Shown here piece by piece: positions 1-10,616 of a stretch of 46,894 nt of DNA. Origin of the DNA: Saprolegnia diclina VS20 (lineage: Eukaryota); the NCBI RefSeq assembly GCF_000281045.1, contig NW_008246186.1, forward strand, positions 71,460 through 118,353. The letters are read 5' to 3'. Position 1 is the stretch's first letter; each line of letters starts with the position of its first letter. Under the pieces are notes generated by a model. The model was not told the DNA's origin. It was given only the letters and a program-made list of their open reading frames with translations, and did no database searches. Position numbers and translations under genes: made by a program.

Positions 1-578
1 CGTTTAGTGTACTAGTCTTACGTCATGTGGACTAGGTTGTTGTGCGCACAGAAGAGCGAGGCCAATCCTCCACTCTGAAAAGGTCATCGATCATGTCCAC
101 AATTGCTCAAGCCATCCGGCACGGGGCTGCCTCTAGCCTTCCTGCGCGCGACCTCGGCCGGGTTGTGCTTGCTTTTCAAAGCGGCCTCTCGCAGCCGTCT
201 CCGGTTGGTTTAAGGTGATCCGTCGTCGCCACTGTTGTTTGCCGTGGAGCTCAAGTGCCAGCTCCTCGGTCGCACTGGGGATCACGATCAGCGACATCGC
301 ACAATATTGTTGACTGCAGCTCCGTGGGCCCGGCGCAGCGTCGCTCACGACGCAACTCGAGCTAGTCGGCTCGTTCTACACATTCTCGGGGTCTAAGACA
401 CAGAGAGCGAAGGGCAATGCTCCGTTGACGGCATCCAAAAAGCCAAAGCAGGGCAGCAAGCCAACGAAACAACGACGTGAAACATGAGTTGCTGCATTTT
501 TAGCGACTATAACAATCTATAAACGCAAAGTAGGGTGTGTGTTGGTATATATATTTCGTCTACTACAGCTACAGTGTT

Positions 579-3006
579 TTATTGCATTGTAAACCCCGTG
601 ATTTCCATGTTGATCACGAGCGTCAAGTACGTCGCAAGCTCTTCCTTCGAGTCATAGAGCGGTACGTCGATGCGGTTGAAGCACGTGTGCGCTTTCGGGT
701 ACAGTCCCGTGGGGGGCACCCCCCGAGCAACCACCTGGACGCCAAATCGGCGTACGCGCCCGTCGTTGCTCAGCAAGCCCTAGTCGCCTCTTATGTTGAA
801 CAGGAATCGACATGACAAAGATGTACCTTGAAGCCTTCGACAGGAACGCGCGAGGTACCTGTGACAAATTGCAAGAGGCGCGCACGCTGCTCCTGCGTAA
901 AGTCCCGCACCACGATCCAAAACCACTCGACAACGCGCTTCTCGAGCCGCGTCGGGTGGTCGAAATCCTGGTACTTGACGTCCGCATGGCGCTCCCAGTC
1001 GTCCACGTCAATGTTGGGCACGCCGCAGATGAGGAGTTCGAGCTCTTGGTAGTCAAAGGCCGAGAGGAGGTTGCGCGGAATGACGTCATAGATACCCTTG
1101 AGCAGCGCCGTGATGTGGTCTTGGACCGAATCAAACATGTAGTGCTTCAAGAGCAAGTTGAGGTATTCGTCCTTGTTGGCGTCCGTCACGGGGATCGCTG
1201 CGCCGTTGGGCTTGAGCTCGATCGGCGGCAATGGCTCTCCGTTGGCGTCGAGCGTCTGCACGGTAAAGTCCAGGCAGAGGTTCTCGACGTTGCTGTTGGT
1301 GCGCAGCCAGTTGGCATTCTTGCACAGCTCTTCGTCTGCTCCATCATAAATATATATATATCGATTGGTCAAAACTAACAAACCGTACCGAGAAATTCCA
1401 GGTCCGAAAACGAAATCGGGACGCCCAAAATGTGCTTGAGCAGCGGCAACGCGAAATGCACTGTGAGCAGCTGGCCTTCCAAGAGGCACTTGGCGATGAG
1501 ACGGCCGATGAATTCGTAGCATTTGAGGTGGTCGTCGCGGAGCTGCGCCGCGTTCGTGTTGAACCAGTACCTAGACATTGCGCTGAAAACACAACATTCT
1601 CGAGATGGCATACCCAAGGTTCTCGACGTGCGTGGCCTGGAAGAGCCCATACGACTCGTCAAAGAGCCGTTCGCAGAGCAAGAGCACCCACTCCCGGAGA
1701 AGACCGCCCGCGTCAAGCCCTAACCGCAGCTAAATGTCACAACCCTAACCCGACGTGATTGTACCTGGCTCATCGATAAACTCGATGCGGAGGCGTTGGC
1801 GAATGTCCGACGCCGGCACGAGCATGAGCAGATGCAGCGATTCGTCCAAGACAGCGTCGCGGCGGATCTCTATCAAATCATGTAAATCAGAAAAAATCGG
1901 AAAAAAATGGAAAATCAAACGAGGCGTACTGAGGAGGAGGTGACCTTCTTCCCATGGCACCGCCACCTTGTCGAGCTCTTGGAGGAACCAGCGCACCTTG
2001 TGCCGAAAGGGCAGCGACGCGACAAACTCAAAGTCGATCATCGACGATGCGCGGGGGAACTCGTCCGTGTCGATTTGAATCGCCTCCGACATGCGCACCG
2101 AGTCGGCGGGCACCCAGAGCACCGCACCCGACGCATCCATGTCGCGCACATAGCCCGTGGAATCCTGGGTGATGAGCGGGATGCGCGGTAGCGACGGCTT
2201 GGAGGTCACACGGAGCTCGGTCTCGACGCTGTCGGCGTCCGTCGTCTGCGAAAACGACGTGCGCGCCTGCATGTCAAAGAGGTACCGCTCGGGTGCGTCC
2301 GAAGACGACTCGGACGACGTGTTGGTCGCCGTGGCCGCGAGCACGCTGACGCGCGGCTTGCAATCTTCGATGCGCACCCAGCGCAGCTGGCCGTCGTCGC
2401 CCTTCTCGCGCTTCCAGAGGTTGCGGCGCCGCGCGCCTCGTTGGCGCTGGTTGAGGTGCAGGTTGTCTTGCATTTCGTTGAGGCGGCGCACGTGGAACGA
2501 CCGCTGCCGCGCAAGCTGGAGATTGTTGTTCTCATCGGGCGACGTTGCGCCGTTGACCCGTATTCTCGGCGTCGTGACGGCTTGCTGCGAGACGACTAGA
2601 TATACAGAGTGTAATGGCGTAGGGTGATGGCGGTCGCGATGTACCTTGGGGCGTGCCGCAGAGAAGACACTCGCGCTTCGCCGGGTGGTTGTCGTGGTAG
2701 CAGATCGAGCACTGCCACTCGGACTCGCCGTTCTCGAGGAAGCTATCGATGAGCGAGTGGCGCTGCATGTTGTTGTTGAGATTGTCGTTCTCGACATAGC
2801 GCTGGAGGCGGCGCTGGTGGTAGCAGTACGCAAAGAGGCTCATGACGCCCACAAACACCATGGCGCCGAGGAAGATGTAGATGTAGATGGCCAGGTCTAG
2901 GACTGCGTGAGCGCCATGTAGCCCATGGCTTCGACCTACTTCCGTTGATGGTCGTTGGCGTCGACACCTGAAGCCGACGGCGCAGCGGCGTCCCATGCAG
3001 CTCCAT
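579..3006 (-). CDS. HECT-type E3 ubiquitin ligase (NEDD4-like HECT) with N-terminal TM helix and RanBP2-type zinc finger; 8 exons
   Basis: Spliced reading starts MELHGTPLRRR (ATG at 3006). It continues through a hydrophobic stretch LAIYIYIFLGAMVFVGVMSLFAYCY, the finger WQCSICYHDNHPAKRECLLCGTP, and HECT motifs IEFIDEPGLDAGG, LLQFVTGTSRVPVEGF and catalytic PKAHTCFNRIDVPLY, ending at TAA 579-581. GT-AG introns consistent with frame: 2903-2939, 2596-2644, 1870-1929 (in-frame, inferred from AT-rich content), 1720-1764, 1571-1613, 1336-1388, 780-826. Confidence 0.93.
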
Positions 3007-3945
3007 CGCAGTCGGGCGAAAAGCACTTGGCGGAGGACTCCGAAACGTGACCAACGTTAATCTTCGAAGACCAAACATTACACTATTTCACGTTTCTTGA
3101 TGCTCGAAATCGTGTACACGTACACTATATCCGTTCACTGGGTGTCAAGGACTCACTGCTGGCGTTCTACCGGCGTACAAGGACGTGGATGCATCTCATT
3201 TCATCTATAAACGCTTGTGCATGCTCTTTCTATCGCATCGCTTCTTGGCAAATCTTGGTAGCATCGGTGCAGGCATAGCTACACTATATGCGTGGAATCG
3301 TAATAGCGTTTTTGGACCAGATGGTCGCTCGTAAACCGAGGGATCTATTTTTGGCGCAAGTTCAAGCTTTTGGAGGGTGTAGGTTTTCTTTTTATATTTG
3401 ACTACCATACAAATACCTAGCTTACTTTTTAAATAAATATTCTCCCGGCTGGCGGCTTCATGGGGCTGCCCAAGCACCCCTTTTGCAGATGCGAGACGAC
3501 GTCGGCCGTCGCGCCTCCACGATGGATGCACTTACCCTTGGTCATCCGTTCTCTCTGGTCTCACTCGCGTTTTTGTCCCTTCTCTGGCGTGAGCGATGAT
3601 GGCTCCCAAGTACGAACAGTCCAATGACAGGCGGCAAGTCGCCAGACGATGCATTATACAAAGGTGACTCCTTCAGCACCACCTTTGGGAAACCGCCAAC
3701 GGTACTTGTATTTCCCGTGATTTCCCGTGTATTTTCAGCATAGAAATGTGACGTGTCGTCGTCAGGTGAAAAGATTGTGCTAGGGCTACAGTATCGCGCA
3801 GTCGAGCTGTCGACGCTAGTTTGCCAACTTGTTAGTTTGCGACGAAATCCCAAATTATACTAAGTTAATAGGAAGTCTACATTAGCAATCGCTTCTAATG
3901 TTCATGTTACGACCACGAAATCTTCGGCGCTGCCCATCAATTTTG

Positions 3946-4919
3946 TCATCCGCGTGATCGCACTCGTGGTGAGAGCTCGAGCTCCGCCACGCAATGTTCC
4001 TGCGCGTCCCAGAGCGAAATGGCCTGCGCCGCCGCCAGCCACGTATCGCGCGTCGTCCACTGCAGCCACGGACTCGTGCGCGAGTCCAATGGCGCGCCTT
4101 TACACCGCCGCTGCAAGTGCGCATCGCAGAGCCCCACCGAGGTCGCAGCCGCGAGGAGGAAGCCTACGCACGCCACAGTAATGGTCGATGCAGTATGGCA
4201 AAGGTGTACCCGACGGAAATGCAAAGCGGAGGACGTAGCCGTCAAGGTCGTCGCGCGTTTGCACGACGCAGCCGGTCAGATCGAGGTCGACGCGGCTACA
4301 CCTTGTTAGACACGCGAAGCGACGATGAAAGGACCACCTGCGGTTGCGAATGTGCAGCGCCGCGTGCTTGAGATGTAGCTGGACGCAGTGACGATGGCGT
4401 TCGCGGTGGCAGCGTTCGCGGGCGACGGCAACAGGGCGCGGACGCCAATGGCGCTGCATGGCGGCCACAAGGAAGCAAATGCCGGTCAGCACAAGGCTTA
4501 ATGCAATCGCGTCTTCGACCAGATGCGTCGTGTCGAGGCACAGAGGCATGGGTTCTGTCGGTTGCGACGTGTTGTGAAGCGCTAGGGGGAGCGGGGCGAG
4601 AGGCAGCGGTGTAAAGCGAGGCGCACACGTTGCAAGCTGGTGCTGGAGCGCCGAGACCTCGGCTGTCAAGTCGTCAATGCGGGCTGCTTGGTCGAGCGAT
4701 CGGTTGGCAAGCTGCTCGAAGAGGACTACGCGCCACCACGTGGTGAGACAAATGACGGGAACGGACTTGAGCACCGAGTCGCTCCTGCGCCAGGGCCTAG
4801 AGCCAAGTGTCGAGTGAGCCGTGTATGTGTGTTTATACTTTGGACTTAGTAGAATGACGAGGATATAGTACCTGATGTCGGGCTCCCCACGCGGCCACGT
4901 CGATGGCCCGGATAGTCAT
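3946..4919 (-). CDS. Hypothetical spliced protein with coiled coil and one predicted TM helix
   Basis: ATG at 4919. GT-AG introns 4797-4871, 4726-4774 and 4164-4209 (plus a possible in-frame 36-nt intron near 4302-4337) join MTIRAIDVAAWGARHQ-ALAQERL-VLFEQLANRSLDQAARIDDLTAEVSALQHQL...AIALSLVLTGICFLVAAM...FPSG-FLLAAATSVGL...SPRVRSRG* in one frame. No family recognised. Confidence 0.6.
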
Positions 4920-5213
4920 GACGCTAAATGCGTTTCACCCACAACGATGGTTTCCGTCGCCAAGGGACTTTAGTCGACTATAGTATGCATATCAACGTTG
5001 ATCTAGAAGCTCCCGTCTCAATTACTTGGTAGTACGACGGTGTGCAGCTTGTCGAAGCGAGTCGAGGTACTACTAGAGTCCCTCCTCCTTCCGAGTATGC
5101 CCAAGCCGCCGAGCTACCCTACACCTAGCTATAGCGTCCACCACGGGCAAGTACAACGACGATATACCATTTCCATTGCAGTTGCCAAGCGCGTCGCCCG
5201 TTCCCGGTAACAT

Positions 5214-7857
5214 CTATGCAGCGTCTTTAGCGTCCCACATCTCTGCGAGCGCCTTGGTCGTCGTGGCCTGCGAAGGCTTGCGAAGCAAAAGCGGCGTCGT
5301 TTCGCGGGGCGCCAGCAACGACTCGAGGTGGCTGCTGCTGCTGCTGTGCTGGGCCGTGATCGCGCCAAGGTGCAGCTCGCCACTCCGCGCTTCGTACAGC
5401 GAGCGCTTGAAGCTGTACTCTTGTCGCTGCCACTCGAGCGCGAGCCAGCGCGGGACGCTCCCGACCGTCTTCCAAAAGATCCAAATCAGCACAAAGAGCA
5501 AATGCTCCGTGACGAGCACCATGACGATGCGCGCCGTGAGTGAAATGCACGCAAACGACGGTCCAAAGCGAAAAGCCCCGCCGAGGACCATCGTCTCAGC
5601 GCACTCGGGGACGAAAAACTCGGCTGCGCCCGTCGAGACAAAGACGAGCGCCGTGTACACAACGACACCGACGCACGCGAGGACGACCAAGACCACGTAC
5701 CACTCGCCAATGCCGTTGGCTTTGCGGGGAAAAGGGCGCTGGAGAGTCCGGACGAGGCGGACGCCGTCGGCGCGCCACTTGAGCGCGTTGATACCGAGGC
5801 ACGCGAGTGGCATGAGCGGCCAGAGCATCGAAAACATGACAACAAATCCAAACTGGACGGCCGCGCAGTGGTAGTCTTCATACGGGTCGTACGTCGGCTG
5901 CTCGGCTTGGTACAGCACGTCGCGCGCGAGGCGGAGCAGCGCATCGAGGTACGGGCCACGTGAGAGGAACCGCGCGCGCGAGTCATTCGCGAGCGTCGCG
6001 TGCTTGCTCTCGTTGTCATAGTCGAGGGCGCCAAGGACGGCGCGCTTCGAGCTCTCGTCGTCGCGGATAATCGAGAGCGCTTGCTTGTCGGTGCGGGCGC
6101 GGACTGCGTGGTGCCGCCGCCGGACGCACCACGGCACCGCGACTGCAATGAGCAAGTTGAGGCCTTGCGTGACAATGATCGGCGTCAAAAAGAGCGTTTC
6201 CAAGTCCAAGTGCGCGCGGTCAAACGTGACCCAGCCAAGACACGGGACGCACTGCGCCGGGTTGCGTACAGTGCGGTGGCCAGTCCACGGCATCGGGCAC
6301 GAGAGGCACACGTTCGCCGCCTTGTGCAAGTGCGGGCCAAAGCAGCAGTTGACCGGGTCCTTGTACAGAATCGAGTTGAGCGCGTTCGTGATCCAGTCGC
6401 CGGCGCCGGGCAGCACGTACACGAACGCGAGGAGGAAGAACCACGTGTAGTAGTTGAGAAAGTCCATGCAAAAGAGCTTCCGGATCAGCGACCGCTCGTA
6501 CTGCTCCATCGTCTTCCAATTTTCCCAGCGCGTGAGGAGGCGCGCGGCGCGCGTGACAACCACGTTCCACTGAAAGACGTCGACGAACAAACCAAAGACG
6601 ATACCACCGCCGAGGATCGTCCACCACTGGACGCTAAAGAGCCCAGGGGTCGGGTACCGCACTTTGAGACCCTCAAAGATCGTGAGCCACGCAGCGATGA
6701 AGAGCATCATGATGGCGATCTGGACGAGCATGAAGAGGACGACGGCTGCGTACGTTGGGTATCGCTTCCAGCCCGGGTACGAGAGATCCGGGAGGCCCGT
6801 GATCGCGTTCGTGCACGGAGTGCCGTGAAACGTAGGGTTGGGGTAAACCGTAAACGTCGCGTTAAAGTTGTTGCGCCAGTTGAAGTTGAGCTCCTTGGTC
6901 TTCCGCAGCCAGCTCTTGAGAAACCAAAAGCTCCAGACGACCGAGACGAGGAAGCCCCAGACAACAAGCACGCGCATGTACAGCACGACGCCTACACCGA
7001 TAAAAAATGAGATGTGCAGTGAGTTGTGGAGGGCGACGACCGAGGAAGGGCCGCGCGATCGTGAGGAGGACGCCGACGAGCGCGATGGGGAAGAGCGACT
7101 TGTTGTAGTAGTCGAGAAAGCAAAAGTAGAAGGCGACCTTTTCGCCAAAGTACGTTTTGACGTGGGCACAGAACGCGTCCGACTGGATCTCCATCTCGAG
7201 CTTCGGGCTTGCAATGTACTTGGTGAGGAGCTCGTCGTTGCGCGCGGCGTCGTGCACAGGAAAGACGCGACGCACGTGCTTGGCGCTCTCGGTGATCTTG
7301 GCGCCTACGAGCCAATGCAGCGTGAGAAATGCCTAGAGAGAGAGGTTTGTCGACCTTCGCGGACCAAGTGGTCGACGACTTGGATACGATCCGCGGGGTT
7401 CATGCCCGCGTCTTCGAGCAGCGTCGCGTCCAGCTCCCGCGCGTTGCCGCAGCGCAGCCACATTTGCAGTTTGAGCTTCTTGGCGTGGCGCACGACGATC
7501 TCGTCCGGTGCGCGGACCAACAAGATAAAGTACGTGCCATCGACGGCCTCGATAACGTCGACATGCAGCCCTATACGCTTCGCACTCGCTGTGCGACAAG
7601 CTCAGTATGGTCGTACCGTGGTCGACGAGCGGCTCGACGAGGTGGCACTGGACGGCGTCGGCGTCGTCCGGCGTCAACGTGGTCGTGACGACCGCAAAGT
7701 CGTAGCTCGCGTGCTGGCGCGCGTGGGCCGCGCCCGTGAGGTACCGGTAAACGCCCTTGGGTGGCGGCCGCTTGGGCGAGTAGACGACGTCGTCGCCAAA
7801 GCGCATGCCCGCGATCGCGTCGCCCGCGGCCTCTTGCGGCGACGAGCTGCTATACAT
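5214..7857 (-). CDS. Anoctamin/TMEM16 family channel or scramblase; 4 exons
   Basis: Family motifs YFGEKVAFYFCFLDYY, LTRWENWKT..QYERSLIRKLF, DPYEDY...QFGFVVMFS..WPL and QRPFPRKANGIGEW, with multiple TM segments. ATG at 7857, introns 7571-7616, 7305-7354 and 6992-7040, stop TAG 5214-5216. Confidence 0.92.
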
Positions 7858-8124
7858 GCAAGATCTGGATTTGGGTGGAATTCCGTTGTGCCGACGCGCG
7901 CACGCTAATTCCACGCAACTGGCACAGCCCCTTTGGTGGATTGCCCGTTGAACGTGGCATTCCTATGTCTATTGCTATTGCGCAACTGGACGACAACGAA
8001 TAGCCGCCATCTCTGTCCGGCTCTCTATCTTCCTCACGCTGAGACCGCCATCCTGGCGCGAGGCCCATGTCCATCACGGTCTCAACGGCAACTTCTAGTC
8101 AACGGAATCTCGTAGATGCGAGGT

Positions 8125-8188
8125 ATCTTCGGCGGCAAGTCGGCTGGGGATGCCAGATCTTCGGCGGCAAGTCGACTGGGGATGCCAG
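8125..8188. repeat. Tandem direct repeat, 2 x 32 bp
   Basis: ATCTTCGGCGGCAAGTCG(G/A)CTGGGGATGCCAG at 8125-8156 and 8157-8188, one mismatch. Confidence 0.9.
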
Positions 8189-8660
8189 CCACATCCAAAA
8201 CGCAGCTGCAAGTGTACATGTCGAGTTGTGTTGCCAGGGTCGCGCCGTTGTCGCCGGAAGTATTTTCTGGCGCCTGCCCACCGAGGCCCCAACGCGCATC
8301 GTCAAGAGAGCTCAGGCAGTAGCTCGGTGGCAAGTGGCTGGATCTAGTAGAACAGAGAGGGTATCGCTGTCGTCCTGTACAGTGCTAGGGCAGGTCGGCA
8401 GCGTTTGATGGAGCTGCTGAAAATCCATAAATAAATTGAATATGGCATGGTGCGAGCTCTGAAGTCCAGTTCGCCTTTGAAGCGGAAGCGAGAGACGCTA
8501 TTGCGTGCTTGTTGCGCTGTCCATTGGCGTGTGGGCATCGATCGCATGACGGTATTGGAACGCTATCGACGGATGCAAGGGCAGTGGCCATGCAGAAGGC
8601 GATGGTGGCCTGCAGCTCATATATGGCTGCTTCGTCCGGCATCGATATGGATTTTTCATG

Positions 8661-8671
8661 GACCAATCAGC
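8661..8671 (+). promoter_or_regulatory. CCAAT box upstream of mitochondrial PheRS
   Basis: GACCAATCAGC about 50 nt upstream of ATG 8717; a similar CCAATCAGC lies at about 16671 upstream of CPSF3. Confidence 0.45.
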
Positions 8672-8716
8672 GAGCGGACGCAATCTTTGGCATTCGTTTG
8701 CTGCCACAAGAAGACC

Positions 8717-10044
8717 ATGCTGCAGCGCTTGTCGTCGTCTGCGCTCCGCCGGGCCGTGGTCCCGCGCGCGACCTTCGCCACCCAGAGCGCCCGTACGAAG
8801 CGGCTGTCCATGGCGCCATGGGCCTCAATGCTGCTGTCATGTAGGCTACCCCGACTTGATCACGGGCGACGCGTACAACAACGTGAGCGAGTCGATCGCG
8901 GCCAAGGTCGGCGTCAACCTGCACTGCCAGCCGCACCATCCGCTCAACATCATCAAGACCAAGATCGCGACGTACTTTGACGATCTCCACGCCCAGGGGT
9001 AGGCAGCGACGCCATGCAACCAACTCCGGCTTAGCACTGCCTTGTAGGCACCCCAAGATGCAGCTCTTCGACTCGCTCTCGCCGGTTGTCTCGGTCGACG
9101 ACTGCTTTGACCAGATGCTGATTCCGAAGGACCACGTGAGCCGCAAGCCGACGGACACGTACTATCTGAACCCGACGACGCTGCTCCGCACGCACACGTC
9201 GTGCCACGAGGTGCCAATGCTGCGCAAGGGCGTCAAGAACTTCCTCATCGCGGGCGACGTCTACCGCCGGGACGAGATTGACGCGAGCCACTACCCGGTC
9301 TTCCATCAAATGGAGGGCCTCCGCTTCTTCCCGGAGCTCGACCCGACGACGCCGTACGACGACCGCGTCGCGCACGTCCAGGGCCACCTCAAGGCCACGC
9401 TGGAAGGCATGGTCGAGTCCATCTTTGGCAAGGTCGAGATGCGCTGGGTCGACGCGTACTTTCCATTCACGGAGCCGTCGCTCGAGCTTGAAATCTTCTT
9501 CGAGGTACCACCCCTCGATACCTCGAAGCTCAGCGTCCTCCGCTGCTAGGGCGAGTGGCTTGAAGTGCTCGGCTGCGGCGTCCTCCGCCGTGAGATCGCC
9601 GAGAACGCGGGCGTCGTCAACGAGGTCGGCTGGGCGTTCGGCCTCGGCCTCGAGCGCCTCGCCATGGTGCTCTTTGACATCCCGGACATCCGCCTCTTCT
9701 GGAGCCAGGACCCGCGCTTCTTGACTCAGTTCCAAGACGGGACGATCACCAAGTTCAAGCCGTACAGCAAGTTCCCGCCGTGCTACAAGGACGTGAGCTT
9801 CTGGCTCGGGCCGGACTTTCACGACAACAACTTGTACGAAGTCGTGCGCGACATTGCCGGCGACATGGTCGAGAAGGTCGAGGTCGTCGACGCGTTCGTG
9901 CACCCCAAGACGCAGCGCGAGAGCAAGTGCTTCCGCATCACGTACCGCCACCACGACCGCAACCTCACCAACGAAGAAGTCGACGGCATCCAGCTCATCG
10001 TGCGCGACGAGCTCGTCAAGCAGCTCGCAGTCGAGCTCCGCTAA
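8717..10044 (+). CDS. FARS2: Mitochondrial monomeric phenylalanyl-tRNA synthetase (FARS2/MSF1 type); 4 exons
   Basis: Arg/Ser/Ala-rich presequence MLQRLSSSALRRAVVPRATFA. Motifs HHPL, DTYY..LLRTHTS, GDVYRRDEIDASHYPVFHQMEG, YFPFTEPSLELEI, WLEVLGCG and GWAFGLGLERLAM. C-terminal ferredoxin-fold anticodon-binding domain (FPPCYKDVSFW...VELR*). Introns 8793-8844, 8999-9047, 9505-9549. Confidence 0.96.
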
Positions 10045-10573
10045 ACGCGACGGGTTCGAATACACTTTGTCTTGCTCGACGATGGCTCTTGGGTAGTGGA
10101 GTAGTAGCAGCTTACAGTGTAGAGTAGCAGCTTGTAGTAGCAAGCCGTAGTGCACTGTACGCTGATGCCAATCAGATTGAACCTACATTCTGCAAGATCC
10201 AGGCGCCGCAGATGGTCGTGGTCGTCCCGCGGCCGGAGCCGCCCACGTGGCAAGCGCCATGCACCCGAGTGGTGGCCGCTTGGTCATGTCCACATGCATT
10301 CCGTCCCGACCCCTCGCTGGCTGCGCCGTCGCCTGCCATGCTTGCGATGCCGGGGCTTGGCCATGGGCGCGGTGGCGCAAGGCGCGTCGGCTGGCGCTGG
10401 CTGGCCTCTTCGCCGGCGATCGCACTTCCGTCGGGCCAGGTGGGCGTTCGTTGCGCTCTCCGGCTCCTTGGGAGCGTGTTGCATACAATAGCAACGTTTT
10501 TTGTTGCATACAAACACTAAGTATAGGACGCAAAATATAAAAATGCGCTGCAACTCGCAAGCGGTTTTCGTGA

Positions 10574-10590
10574 GATCAGTTCTGAATTTC
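10574..10590 (+). promoter_or_regulatory. Oomycete INR+FPR-like core promoter of the CH-domain gene
   Basis: GATCAGTTCTGAATTTC about 30 nt before ATG 10617; resembles the GCTCATTYYNCAWTTT consensus. Confidence 0.45.
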
Positions 10591-10616
10591 TGCCAAGACC
10601 AAGACAACGACGAACG

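Noticed and set aside
1717..1752. Telomere-like CCCTAACC motifs
   Set aside because: Only two isolated copies at or within a HECT intron, one overlapping the 3' splice site; not an array.
3205..3853. AT-richer island with two minus-strand ORFs, possible gene or TE remnant
   Set aside because: No recognisable domain, atypical codon usage and no coherent exon chain.
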